A stretch of 63,944 nucleotides of DNA, filler included, from Octopus bimaculoides (GCF_001194135.2; 6 parts of 6 records of this genome joined end to end with filler, not necessarily neighbours in it); one strand, 5' to 3'. Shown: positions 13,474 through 25,869, counted from the whole stretch's first letter. Program-made: numbers and translations. Notes: generated from the letters alone by a model not told the origin.

Positions 13474-13609
13474 GTGTATCTGTGTGTCTGTGTCTGTGTG
13501 TCTCTCTGTCTGCCTGTGTGTGTATCTGTCTATCCTTGTGTCTGCTTGTCTGTCTGCATGTCTATCATATGTGTGTGTGTGTGCGTGTGTGTGTGTGTGT
13601 GTATTTGTA

Positions 13610-13651
<42 letters not shown>

Positions 13652-13872
13652 ACTATCTATCTATCTAACTATCTATCTATCTATCTATATANNNNNNNNN
13701 NNNNNNNNNNNNNNNNNNNNNNNNNNNNNNNNNNNNNNNNNNNNNNNNNNNNNNNNNNNNNNNNNNNNNNNNNNNNNNNNNNNNNNNNNNNNNNNNNNNN
13801 NNNNNNNNNNNNNNNNNNNNNNNNNNNNNNNNNNNNNNNNNNNNNNNNNNNNNNNNNNNNNNNNNNNNNNNN

Positions 13873-13914
<42 letters not shown>

Positions 13915-14129
13915 AAGTAAAGTTGTGGAATACCGTACGAGTGGAATGAGTGTATGTGTGTGTCTCTGTGTGTCTAAGCGCACACACACAACACACACCT
14001 TCCTATTTATAAATCTATCTATCTATCGATCTATCTTTCTTTCTATTTATCTAGCAATCGATCACTCGATCTGACTAGTCATCAGGATATGTAAGGCATA
14101 TACGTAACTAAATATGTATGTGTGCATAA

Positions 14130-14167
<38 letters not shown>

Positions 14168-14189
14168 TTGTGTGTCTGTGTATATATGT

Positions 14190-14412
14190 TTGTGTGTCTG
14201 TGTTTGTCCCCCAACATCGCTTGACAACCGATGCTGGTGTGTTTACGTCCCTATAACTTAGCTGTTCGGCTAAAGAAATCCGATAGAATAAGTGCTAGGC
14301 TTACAAAGAATAAGTCCTGGGGGGTCGATTTTCTCGACGAAAAAAGGCGGTGCTCCAGCATGGCCACAGTCAAATGACTGAAACAAGTAAAAAAACAAAA
14401 AGAGTAAAAGAG
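14190..14412 (+). mobile_element. SINE family C, 3' part
   Basis: GCTTGACAACCGATGCTGGTGTGTTTACGTCC...GGGGTCGATTTTCTCGAC...GACTGAAACAAGTAAAA..AGAGTAAAAGAG. Confidence 0.9.
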
Positions 14413-14524
14413 TAATTTGAATTTCAGATTTCAAATAAACTTCAACAATTATAAGGGTGTCTATTTACTTCTGTCATGTTGGTGTATGTAAAGATGCATG
14501 TGCATTTGTGTATTTGTGAACTAT

Positions 14525-14558
<34 letters not shown>

Positions 14559-14868
14559 TGTGAGTAGGTTTACGTGTTTGTGTATATCAATTTAATCTCC
14601 CGTTATCTCACACTACCTAACCAATCATCATCTCCCGTCTGCATTACCTCCTACTCCCGACCTTTCTCCACCTATCCCTTCTACTCCCATCATTCTCTGT
14701 CNNNNNNNNNNNNNNNNNNNNNNNNNNNNNNNNNNNNNNNNNNNNNNNNNNNNNNNNNNNNNNNNNNNNNNNNNNNNNNNNNNNNNNNNNNNNNNNNNNN
14801 NNNNNNNNNNNNNNNNNNNNNNNNNNNNNNNNNNNNNNNNNNNNNNNNNNNNNNNNNNNNNNNNNNNN

Positions 14869-14902
<34 letters not shown>

Positions 14903-14986
14903 AAGAAAGAAAAAAACAAACAAAAAAAGAAACACATCCGTGTTTGATAATTATTCTAATTAGGAATCTGAAGAGTTATTCTTTAC

Positions 14987-15017
14987 CTGTTGCAGGTGCA
15001 AAATGCATGGTATGCAC
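14987..15017 (-). CDS. Candidate 31-nt micro-exon (G)AYHAFCTCN(R/S)
   Basis: tagcag|GT...AACAG|gtaaag. Entry phase 1 matches the candidate exon at 16472-16544. No homology recognised. Confidence 0.2.
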
Positions 15018-16115
15018 CTGCTAAATTATGCTCATAAAACACAATTGACTGCTCTGGGCTAAGAATACTGACATATTTAGATGTTGTATGAGATTTTTCT
15101 CTGTTTTACATTGGGAGGGAGTTTTGTGGAAGCTTTTTAGATNNNNNNNNNNTGTGGAAGCTTTTTGTGTTTGTTTAGATTTGAGAGGATCTGTGTGTTT
15201 TTCTGTAGACCCGTGTATCTGCGTAGGTTTGTGGGCCTGTGTGCTTCTGTAAGTCTATGTGTGCCTGTGTGTGTTTATGTGTGTTTTTGTAGTTCTGTGG
15301 GTTTCTGTATCTCTGTGTTGTCGGTTTGTTTGTTTGTATGTATGAGTTTCAGGGTTATTATACAAAGTAACTTCCACGTAACGTAATGGTTCGGCAAACA
15401 GAGATCGACAGAATAAGTAGGCTTTAAGAAAAAAATAAGTAGTGCGGTCGATTCGTTTGACTAAAACTCTTCATGGCCGCAGTTTGATGACTGAAATGAG
15501 GAAAGGATAAGAGAGATACCAAGATATTCATTGAAACCCACATATTACAGGATCACAGGCCCTTGCTACCCTCCTCACTCACCACTCGAACCCCACGCCG
15601 ATATGCTATAATTAGTCCAGAACCAGTTTATAAGCCATGTTTACTTAGGGAGAGACGGCAATGTCGGGTGGGCGGAAAATCTGCAGAATAATCCGTCTGA
15701 GCGGTTTATTCCGGTGTTGATTGACATGAACGAAAACTATTTGTTGACTTAGCCAAGAGAAACTGTATTTACTTTAGAAAGTAAACACCAAAAAACAACA
15801 AAAAATTTACATAGCATACATACATACATACATACATACATACATGGACACAGACGTGCACACATACATATATAAATAATAAGCCAAATTATTTGGAAGA
15901 AGCTAACATTGTAATCTCACTGTTTGGTCAAGAGAATTGCTAAAAATAGCAGTTGAATCATTCTTAAAGCACATACTGTTATATTAAACATGAACAGAAG
16001 AGTCTTCACTAAAACAATTTTGTTCAAATGTTTTTATTTTTTTTTTTCATTTTATTGTATCAGGACTGACCTGCGGCGAAACAATAGCAAAATATAAAAT
16101 CCATCTATCTTTCTA

Positions 16116-16146
<31 letters not shown>

Positions 16147-16218
16147 GTGTCTGTCTGTCTGTCTCTCTCTCTCTGTCTCTCTCTCTCTCTCTATCTATCT
16201 ATATCATACATTATTTAT

Positions 16219-16250
<32 letters not shown>

Positions 16251-16471
16251 CATACATATATACATACATACATACACACACATATACATGTGTATGGAGA
16301 AACCTACCTGGGGTACGCGTGTGAGTGTGTTGCGTGCGCGCGTGCGTATGTATGTATGTGTGTGTGTGAGAGCGTGTTCTGTTTTTATGTATCTATGTGC
16401 GTGGTATGTAGATATAACAAAAACAATGTCGCATTTTAAACTTGAGAAAGACCTTGCATATTTGTTCTTAC

Positions 16472-16544
16472 CGGTTTCATTTGTGTATTTAAAGAAGAAA
16501 ACGAGAACAACGTTGAAAAAGCCGTATTGATTATAATAGTCCAT
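16472..16544 (-). CDS. Candidate first coding exon MDYYNQYGFFNVVLVFFFKYTNET(G), weakly signal-peptide-like
   Basis: ATG at 16544-16542 and donor CCG|gtaaga; hydrophobic core FFNVVLVFFF. No homology recognised. Confidence 0.25.
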
Positions 16545-16564
16545 GTTCTTTTTTTTTTTAACCA

Positions 16565-16704
16565 TCAAAGAGCCGAAATATTGCAACATGATTCAAAGAG
16601 CCGAAATATTGCAACATGATTCAAAGAGACGAAATTTTGCAACATGATTCAAAGAGCCGAAATTTTGCAACATGCATTAAAGAGCCGAAATATTGCAACA
16701 TGCA
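16565..16704 (+). repeat. 28-bp minisatellite, 5 units (TCAAAGAGCCGAAATATTGCAACATGAT)
   Basis: Head-to-tail units with a few substitutions and no spacers. Confidence 0.95.
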
Positions 16705-17341
16705 TGGAGAAAAAAAAAAGAAATGTAAATTAAAACTTACTATTGATTAAAGGAAATGCGAAAGAAAGAAATATAAATGGCGATGATTTGTATTAATTTT
16801 AAAGCTAAATTAAACAAGATCTGTGGTACTATACAAGAACACGCACACGCACACACAATTTCACACACACACACACACACACATACACACAGAGACGTAC
16901 ACCCATTAGCTGCAGCACCATTAGGAGAAATACGGACGGTACATATATGAAATATTAGAAGCGTTGCCTGAAGAAGTACGAAACTAGAATGGAAAAATGC
17001 GCACGCTCAAAAGGGTTACAGAATGTCATAACAAGCCTTAAAAAGTATGGGATAAGCATTGTAACTCAAAAATATTGGAATCACTATATGTTATACATTC
17101 TGTGGCATTCTTTTATCACAAGAAATTTGTTTAATTCATCGAAGTTAAGTTTTGACAAAACAATTGTGCACAAATAGTAATGATATCTTTACGCAATAAT
17201 GCAATCTATGAATGATAATACTTATAAATCTACAAGTAATCGATCAAAGATAATTTAGTAATAATTTGTTTAATTCGCATAACTATTCCATTAATATCTG
17301 AATTATCTTTCCTTATAATTATTTCGGTTTCGTACTTTCGT

Positions 17342-17453
17342 ACAGTCCCCTCAATAAACAGTCATATATAAGAAATACATCAAAGTCCACAAATACATAA
17401 AAGAATATATATAAAAATAAAATTAAATACAATATAAAACACACAATATAAAA

Positions 17454-17489
<36 letters not shown>

Positions 17490-19345
17490 NNNNNNNNNNN
17501 NNNNNNNNNNNNNNNNNNNNNNNNNNNNNNNNNNNNNNNNNNNNNNNNNNNNNNNNNNNNNNNNNNNNNNNNNNNNNNNNNNNNNNNNNNNNNNNNNNNN
17601 NNNNNNNNNNNNNNNNNNNNNNNNNNNNNNNNNNNNNNNNNNNNNNNNNNNNNNNNNNNNNNNNNNNNNNNNNNNNNNNNNNNNNNNNNNNNNNNNNNNN
17701 NNNNNNNNNNNNNNNNNNNNNNNNNNNNNNNNNNNNNNNNNNNNNNNNNNNNNNNNNNNNNNNNNNNNNNNNNNNNNNNNNNNNNNNNNNNNNNNNNNNN
17801 NNNNNNNNNNNNNNNNNNNNNNNAATTCAAAATAGACAAAAAAGGCAAAATAGAATAAGATAAAATGAAGTAAAATAAAATACTATAATAGTCCATCGGC
17901 TAAAATACTGTATCTGATGACAAAACTTTAAAATGACAAAAAACTTTTAAATAATTTGAGTTCATTTTCAAATGAAACTGCACAACTCTCGCATCCTATG
18001 TACACGACCTTAAGAAGAAAAATAAGAAATACTCTCTTGAATGGTCGACTGTATCGAGAGCCCCTTATTTTAGAGCAAATATTAGCAAATGTCTATTGTG
18101 TATTAGGGAATCCCTCACTATACTTAGGTTGTTTGGGCCGAAAACTTTAAATAAATTCACTGAAGTGATCCCCTTCTGCAATCATAGGTTCTCCTCCACT
18201 TTCTTGAAGGTATATAAAAATAAAAATAAGAATTAGAAAATATAAATATAAATAAGATTATTTGTCTGCGTTAGCGTGATTTGAAACCTGAAGGATTACA
18301 TTAGTTACTAGAGCCAATTTGAATAATTTTTTTTTTAACTTATGACGTGGACTAGTTTTTCCCTCTTGACTATATAAGCCTGTTATATAAAAACAATAGG
18401 GCAGCGTACTCGTGGTCATAGGATCACGGTTTCGATTCCCAGACCGGGAGTTGTGAGTGTTTATTGAGCGAAAACACCTAAAGCTCCACGAGGCTCCGGC
18501 AGGGGATGGTGGCGAACCCTGCTGTACTCTTTCACCACAACTTTCTCTCACTCTTACTTCCTGTTTCTGTTGTGCCTGTAATTCAAAGGGTCAGCCTTGT
18601 CACACTGTGTCACGCTGAATATCCCCGAGAACTACGTTAAGGGTACACGTGTCTGTGGAGTGCTCAGCCACTTGCACTTTAATTTCACAAGCAGGCTGTT
18701 CCGTTCATCGTATCAACTAGAACCCTCGACGTCGTAAGCGACGGAGTGCCACCAACAACAATAAAAATTAATTCCTTTTGCATGTCTTGTTTGTATTTGT
18801 TACTCCGAGGAGAGGGTCATCACCGGATTGCACTATGATGTGTATGGACTACGGTGGTGAACCCTTGAAATGGCCATAGGTGTCTGTGTGTGTGTTTGAC
18901 TTATGTTTTTGACCAGTGGTTTTTATGAACTTTTGTAAGTTTGGTGGGGTGGGCAGAAACGGATTTTACCTGTGGAAGTCTGCTGTTAATACGTGTACCT
19001 TGAGGTAAGTACAGGACTTTCTAATATAACTTTAAATGATGACTATTATAGTATTTTATTTTACTTCATTTTATCTTATTCTATTTTGTTTTATTTGTCT
19101 ATTTTGAATTTTTAATCGCTTAATTTTATTCGAATTGGAATTATAAAAAAGATATATACATATATTGTGTTATATTTTTAACTCAAAATTGATTTATTTG
19201 TATGTTATTAGTAGGAAAAAATATATATATACACATTTTTATATTGTGTGTTTTATGTTGTATTTTATTTCTTATATATATTTTCTTATGTATTTGTGGA
19301 CTTTGATGCATTTCTTTATATATGACCGTTTATTGAGGGGACTGT
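17342..19345 (+). mobile_element. 5'-truncated Penelope-like element: decayed GIY-YIG C-terminus and 3' region, preceded by an inverted copy of its own 3' end
   Basis: 17985-18236 reads TLASYVHDLKKKNKKYSLEWSTVSRAPYFRANISKCLLCIRESLTILRLFGPKTLNKFTEVIPFCNH, resembling the PLE endonuclease end (LSxYxxxLK..W..C.LC..E..LNK..C.H). 17342-17897 is the reverse complement of 19038-19345 where sequenced. Confidence 0.8.
18398..18755 (+). mobile_element. SINE family B nested in the Penelope-like element
   Basis: Family B body from AGGGCAGCG to GACGGAGTGCCA, with a slightly truncated head. Confidence 0.9.
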
Positions 19346-19491
19346 TGTATGTTGAGTCGTTGACCCAAATGTAATGCTTTTATTCTGTAACTAATAATTT
19401 TTTATTCCTGTCTCAATTAACTTGAGCACTTCCCTTTGCAGCCCTGTAAAAAAAACTAATTTGTTTCCTAATAAGAAACGATTACTATTAC

Positions 19492-19523
<32 letters not shown>

Positions 19524-19628
19524 TTGTTTGTGTGTGTGTGTGTGTGTTTGTGTATGTATGTGTATGTATGTATGTATGTATGTATATGTATGTATGTATG
19601 TATGTATATATATATATATATATGTATG

Positions 19629-19893
19629 GGTAATCTTCAAGTTTAGGGGGATAAAAAAATAAATAAAAATATTCAAGGGAAATAACTGAACGACTTACCA
19701 GTATTATCCGTTTTCTTCTAGCTGTTTAGAAATAAATCACACCCTAATTCTAACCCTAACCCTAACGTCAATCAAATCACGTGTGTGATTTATTTATAAA
19801 CAGAGATGTACGGAGAATACTGGTAAGACATTCAGTTACTTCCCTTGAATATTTTTATTTATTTTTTTAATCCCCCTAAACTTGAATATTACC
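19629..19893. mobile_element. Fold-back MITE, Mutator-like (about 115-bp TIRs, 9-bp direct flanks)
   Basis: Arms 19629-19742 and about 19783-19893 are reverse complements (GGTAAT...ATTACC). ATATGTATG occurs at 19620-19628 and 19894-19902, although within a TATG microsatellite. Confidence 0.75.
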
Positions 19894-20370
19894 ATATGTA
19901 TGTATGTATGTATGTATGTATATGTATGTATGTATATGTANNNNNNNNNNNNNNNNNNNNNNNNNNNNNNNNNNNNNNNNNNNNNNNNNNNNNNNNNNNN
20001 NNNNNNNNNNNNNNNNNNNNNNNNNNNNNNNNNNNNNNNNTTTGTCCCATCTTCGTTGAGCCCTGTATGGCTAATAAAAGAAATGTATCTGTCTGCTATG
20101 CCGTTTCCAGGTATCGAACCCTGTTTCACGGCACGCATTCAACTGTTTTGTTATGTCCTTGTTGCTTTCACTCCAGTTGTTTTCAAAGCAACAGTCTAAT
20201 CTGGTCACGTTTTGCTTTCGACGCAATGTCTGTTTACAAAACTGTTTTAGACGGAACGAAACAACAGACACATGAACAGAAGACATATGCAAATCTTTAT
20301 GTAAAATGTAGATATTACATGAACCTAGGAGAAGCTTTAAACATGGGTAAACCTTTCTGGGACACCGTGT

Positions 20371-20417
<47 letters not shown>

Positions 20418-20449
20418 TGTGTGTATGTTTGTGTGTCTGTGTGTATGTA

Positions 20450-20487
<38 letters not shown>

Positions 20488-20586
20488 CACATACATACAG
20501 ATTCATGCGCACACATACACACGCATACACACACATACACATTAGTTATTCCACCCCTTCACTTTTCCACTAGTCTTGTAACTTAC

Positions 20587-20700
20587 CGGACACAAAAACA
20601 CGAGAAAATATCAAAGGAAAAGAAAATGGCCGCCGAAAATGATTAAACTCGTTTCCTCATCACGTCTCACTCCACCACATCACCAACCACTCTTCTCTCT
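20587..20700 (-). promoter_or_regulatory. Candidate promoter or non-coding first exon with YY1-type motif
   Basis: AAAATGGCCGCC at 20623-20634; perfect donor CCG|gtaagt (ACTTAC 20581-20586). The 5' boundary is uncertain. Confidence 0.3.
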
Positions 20701-20926
20701 CCTCCCCTCCCGATTCTAATGCTCTCTCTCTATCCGTCTGTCCTTGAGTTCAACCGTCCGTCTGTCTGTGAGTCTGTCTGTCAGCATGTAAGTATCTATG
20801 TATGCATGGATGCATGTATGTCTGCTAGTACGTAAGCATGTATGTATGCATGTATGTCTGTGTGTTTCTATCTTTATCTGTCTATCTATCCAACCAATTA
20901 CCTTCTTTCATCCATTCATCTATCCA

Positions 20927-20968
<42 letters not shown>

Positions 20969-22025
20969 TTTATCTCTCTCTCTCTCTCTCTCTCTNNNNN
21001 NNNNNNNNNNNNNNNNNNNNNNNNNNNNNNNNNNNNNNNNNNNNNNNNNNNNNNNNNNNNNNNNNNNNNNNNNNNNNNNNNNNNNNNNNNNNNNNNNNNN
21101 NNNNNNNNNNNNNNNNNNNNNNNNNNNNNNNNNNNNNNNNNNNNNNNNNNNNNNNNNNNNNNNNNNNNNNNNNNNNNNNNNNNNNNNNNNNNNNNNNNNN
21201 NNNNNNNNNNNNNNNNNNNNNNNNNNNNNNNNNNNNNNNNNNNNNNNNNNNNNNNNNNNNNNNNNNNNNNNNNNNNNNNNNNNNNNNNNNNNNNNNNNNN
21301 NNNNNNNNNNNNNNNNNNNNNNNNNNNNNNNNNNNNNNNNNNNNNNNNNNNNNNNNNNNNNNNNNNNNNNNNNNNNNNNNNNNNNNNNNNNNNNNNNNNN
21401 NNNNNNNNNNNNNNNNNNNNNNNNNNNNNNNNNNNNNNNNNNNNNNNNNNNNNNNNNNNNNNNNNNNNNNNNNNNNNNNNNNNNNNNNNNNNNNNNNNNN
21501 NNNNNNNNNNNNNNNNNNNNNNNNNNNNNNNNNNNNNNNNNNNNNNNNNNNNNNNNNNNNNNNNNNNNNNNNNNNNNNNNNNNNNNNNNNNNNNNNNNNN
21601 NNNNNNNNNNNNNNNNNNNNNNNNNNNNNNNNNNNNNNNNNNNNNNNNNNNNNNNNNNNNNNNNNNNNNNNNNNNNNNNNNNNNNNNNNNNNNNNNNNNN
21701 NNNNNNNNNNNNNNNNNNNNNNNNNNCACATCAGACGCCATGAAAGGGCTAAGGTGTAGGTGCAGGAGGTGGTCAAACTCTGTTTAAGGAGTAGACAACC
21801 ACCATGTTTGAGATGTATGTATATGGTGTATGTGCAGTAAAATAATATATGTATTATACATGCGCGTAAGTGTGTATGTATAGTAAGGTAATGTATGTAT
21901 GCATGTATGTATGTATGTATGTATGTATGCAAGCATGTATGTATATGTGTGTGTGTGTGTATGTGTGTGCGCGCGCTCATGCGCTTCTGTCTGTTTGTAT
22001 GCATACATAAATCTGTTTGCACGGA

Positions 22026-22160
22026 TAGGCGCAGGCGTGGCTGGGTGGTAAGAAGTTTGCTTCCCAACCACATTGTTCTGGGTTCAGTCCCACTACTTGC
22101 CACCATGGGCAAGTGTCTTCTACTATAGCTCCTGGCCGACCAAAACCTTTTGAGTGAGTA
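22026..22160 (+). mobile_element. SINE family C, tRNA-like head with CORE-like segment
   Basis: GGCGCAGGCGTGGCTGGGTGGTAAGAAG...GGGTTCAGTCCCACT...ATGGGCAAGTGTCTTCTACTATAGC. Confidence 0.8.
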
Positions 22161-22200
22161 CTCTTTTCTCCACCTTGTTTCACATTTATGTGCTTACTCC

Positions 22201-22238
<38 letters not shown>

Positions 22239-22519
22239 ATGATATGATATGATATGATAAGAATGTATGCATATACATGAATATATACGTACATATATGC
22301 ATATCTTACATATACATAGTTACACAATCACACATATGTATGCATGTGTTTCTTTATGAGAACTTGCCTTACAGCTCCAATAAACTTGACGCAACAGGAA
22401 GTAAAATGTGTTACGCTTATGTGCTTTTTGTGACTTTTATAGACCTAATCCTGCTTCGTTTCTTAGATTCTCCTAAAAGTGATACAGAAATAACTTGGCA
22501 AAATCCATCCATTAATACA

Positions 22520-22550
<31 letters not shown>

Positions 22551-22565
22551 GCTCTCATACATATG

Positions 22566-22598
<33 letters not shown>

Positions 22599-22765
22599 TT
22601 CTTTGTGTGCATGTGTATGTAGGCGCACACTCAGAGACACACATAAATAAATACACACGCATACACATATGTACACACATCTATAGATTGCTAGCCTTTC
22701 TACAAAAATCGGACAAAATCACACTCACTCACACGTATATTATATGTATGTGTATATATGTGTGT

Positions 22766-22803
<38 letters not shown>

Positions 22804-22816
22804 ATATATTTGTAAA

Positions 22817-23817
22817 CAAAGTGTTCGGGCTAAATTTGACAGTCTGCATAAAAGGAAAAGGAAATACAACAGTAAAAGAAAACGGCTGATAGATAAATGT
22901 GTTAGTGGAGTAACTAACCTATTAACTAACAATAACTAGAAAGGACCCAACCAGTACGCGTGTTTATTATTACTGGCATAATGACCCTCCCAAGGTTCAA
23001 TAGTAAAACACAGTATCCTATCCAAAAGTACAACTATTTTTGAAAAAATTAAAAATTATCAACTAGCTTCATCAAAATAGCCGCCCTCAGCTTCCACCAC
23101 AGGCTCAAGGCAGCTCTAGAACCGGGCCTATTCGTTCGATGTGTCCCTACGAAAATCTCCGAACACCTCCTTGATCTTGGCCATCAGCTCGGCCTTAGTG
23201 CTGCAGGCAGAGTGGTCGCTATCTTTCTCTACCGTGCCCTACACTGAGTAATCCGTAGGGTTACAATCGGGGGAATTAAGAGGCCGGAAATTGGGGATGG
23301 TGAAGTCGTAGAATTCTGCGATAACCATTTCTGATATTTCCAGAAGTTTGGCAAGGAGCCCAATCCTGCTGCCACACCTATGGCCTTCCAGCAGCAACCT
23401 TCTCCAGCCAGAGATTCACAGTCTCCAGCGTCTCCGTAGAACCGTCTGAATTAAATCCAAGCCCCTGTTGGGTTGGCATGATGTTATTCGTATTAGAGAC
23501 AAACCATTACATTGTGTGGCAACTTCGCTTTGATAATGTCCATGCCGCGTCGTACAGCCTTTACTGAGTTAACACAGCAATGACCAGAGGTCATAACGTC
23601 GGCATTTTGATGTCCGGCGCGAATCCTCACTCTTTCTCCAATGTTCAAATGGATTCCAGTCCTCCATGTCAGCTAACCTTTTCTCAACTACAACTTTATT
23701 CTTTATGCTCTCCAACGCCAGAGACTTTTCACCAATACATTAAGCTGTTCCTGACAAAAAAAAAACAACAAAAAAAATGAAACATAAGATATCGTAAAAT
23801 TTAGCCCGAACACCTTG
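22817..23817 (-). mobile_element. Decayed Tc1/mariner-superfamily element of DD37D/maT type, internally deleted
   Basis: TIR CAA(A/G)GTGTTCGGGCTAAATTT at both ends, TA at the right end. Minus strand reads WLEKVAAGRP*VWQQDWAPC ... RPLNSPDCNPTDYSV*GTVEK ... ELMAKIKEVF ... LEPVVEAEGGYF, with stops and frameshifts. Confidence 0.85.
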
Positions 23818-23896
23818 TATGTATGCATAATTGCATGCACACACACGCACACACATACACACACATGTATCTGTGTTTAAACATATATTAACGTCT

Positions 23897-23935
<39 letters not shown>

Positions 23936-24434
23936 CATACATATCTTCATACACACACACATACCTCAAACTCAGACACAAATATAAATAACAAAAAAGT
24001 CCTATAAACGAATGAGCATGGCTATTTCCGGTATTTGATTATCTGTGCGGTTTTAATGGCGTCTCATTGCGTTGGAAAACTATCTTCCAGTTGTTACATA
24101 TTCTCTCAACGAAAACGGCGGATTTCCTCATTTTATATCTTTGTTGATTTTGTTAGTTTATATTTCTTGTCTTCTGTGACTTCGTTTTTCTATTTCTTCC
24201 TAAACATCACATATATTTTTCCCTTTGAGATTTGCTTAAAATAATGCTGTATATATAAGTATATATACATATATATATATTTCAATATTCATGAATTCTT
24301 AAGTTAATGGCCAACGGGCAAGCTTCGGTTCTTTTTTCTTTTCTTCAAAAGTATTTTTTTAGCCTAATATCAACACGCTTTTATTTATAATTTTATTTGC
24401 TTCCAGTTAAACATTTCCAAAAAGCAATTATATA

Positions 24435-24492
<58 letters not shown>

Positions 24493-24504
24493 CTATTTTT
24501 ACTA

Positions 24505-24720
24505 TTTTTTACTTGTTTCAGTCTTTTGACTGTGGCCATGCTGGAGCACCACCTTTAGTCGAGCAAATCGACCCCCAAGACTTATTCTTTAGAAGCCTAG
24601 TACTTATTCTATCGGTCTCTTTTGCCGAACCGCTGGTTACGGGGACATAAACACACCAGCATCGGTTGTCAAGCGATGTTGGTGGGGGGGGGGGGGGGAC
24701 AAACACAGACACACAAACAC
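24505..24720 (-). mobile_element. SINE family C, 3' part
   Basis: TTTTACTTGTTTCAGTC...GGAGCACCACCTTTAGTCGAGCAAATCGACCCC...GACAAACACAGACACAC. Confidence 0.9.
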
Positions 24721-24729
24721 ATATACTAC

Positions 24730-24881
24730 TGGCACTCTATCAGTTGAGACGACGAAGGCTCCAGTTGATCCGATCACCGGAACAGCCTGCTCGTGAAATT
24801 AACGTGCAAGTGGCTGAGCACTCTACAGACTCGCGTACCCTTAACGTAGTTCTCGGGGATATTCAGCGTGAAACGGAGTGT
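24730..24881 (-). mobile_element. SINE family B, 3' half, running into a gap
   Basis: Reverse complement of the family B tail and body. Confidence 0.85.
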
Positions 24882-25581
24882 NNNNNNNNNNNNNNNNNNN
24901 NNNNNNNNNNNNNNNNNNNNNNNNNNNNNNNNNNNNNNNNNNNNNNNNNNNNNNNNNNNNNNNNNNNNNNNNNNNNNNNNNNNNNNNNNNNNNNNNNNNN
25001 NNNNNNNNNNNNNNNNNNNNNNNNNNNNNNNNNNNNNNNNNNNNNNNNNNNNNNNNNNNNNNNNNNNNNNNNNNNNNNNNNNNNNNNNNNNNNNNNNNNN
25101 NNNNNNNNNNNNNNNNNNNNNNNNNNNNNNNNNNNNNNNNNNNNNNNNNNNNNNNNNNNNNNNNNNNNNNNNNNNNNNNNNNNNNNNNNNNNNNNNNNNN
25201 NNNNNNNNNNNNNNNNNNNNNNNNNNNNNNNNNNNNNNNNNNNNNNNNNNNNNNNNNNNNNNNNNNNNNNNNNNNGTAGTAACAAAAGATAAAATATGTT
25301 GGTGTTGTTATTCATATCCAACGACCGTTGAAAAACCTTGAAGATTTACAAGACAGAAAGAGAAATAGAAAGCTTTATATCTCTATGTCATATGAACGCC
25401 CCGTACACACACACACACGCACGCACACGCGCACACACACACACATTTATACAAACACACACACATATGGGTCTGTTTGTGCGCGTGTATGCGTATCTAT
25501 ATCTATAAATCTCTCGCTATGTGTGTGTGTGCCTGTGTGTGTGAGTGTGTATACGTGTGTTTATCTCAATTTTCCACTATA

Positions 25582-25615
<34 letters not shown>

Positions 25616-25789
25616 TACACACATATATACATACATAAAAGCATGGGCATATATGTGTGTGCTTGTGTGTGTGAGTGTGTATACGTGTGTTTATCTTAAT
25701 TTTCCACTATATGCATATATATATATATATATATGCATACACACATATATACATACATAAAAGCATGGGTATATATGTGTGTGCATCTG

Positions 25790-25826
<37 letters not shown>

Positions 25827-25869
25827 CAAGGAATATATATACATGTATACACGCATATATGTACATACT

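Noticed and set aside
16565-16704. CRISPR-like 28-bp repeats
   Set aside because: Units are contiguous with no spacers, there are no cas genes, and the DNA is eukaryotic.
16968-16984. CTGAAGA-AGTAC-GAAAC hammerhead-like string
   Set aside because: Stem II is too short and no stem III, cleavage triplet or stem I can form.
20200-20370. Open frames on both strands in unique sequence
   Set aside because: No splice sites bound a coherent exon and no motif is recognisable.
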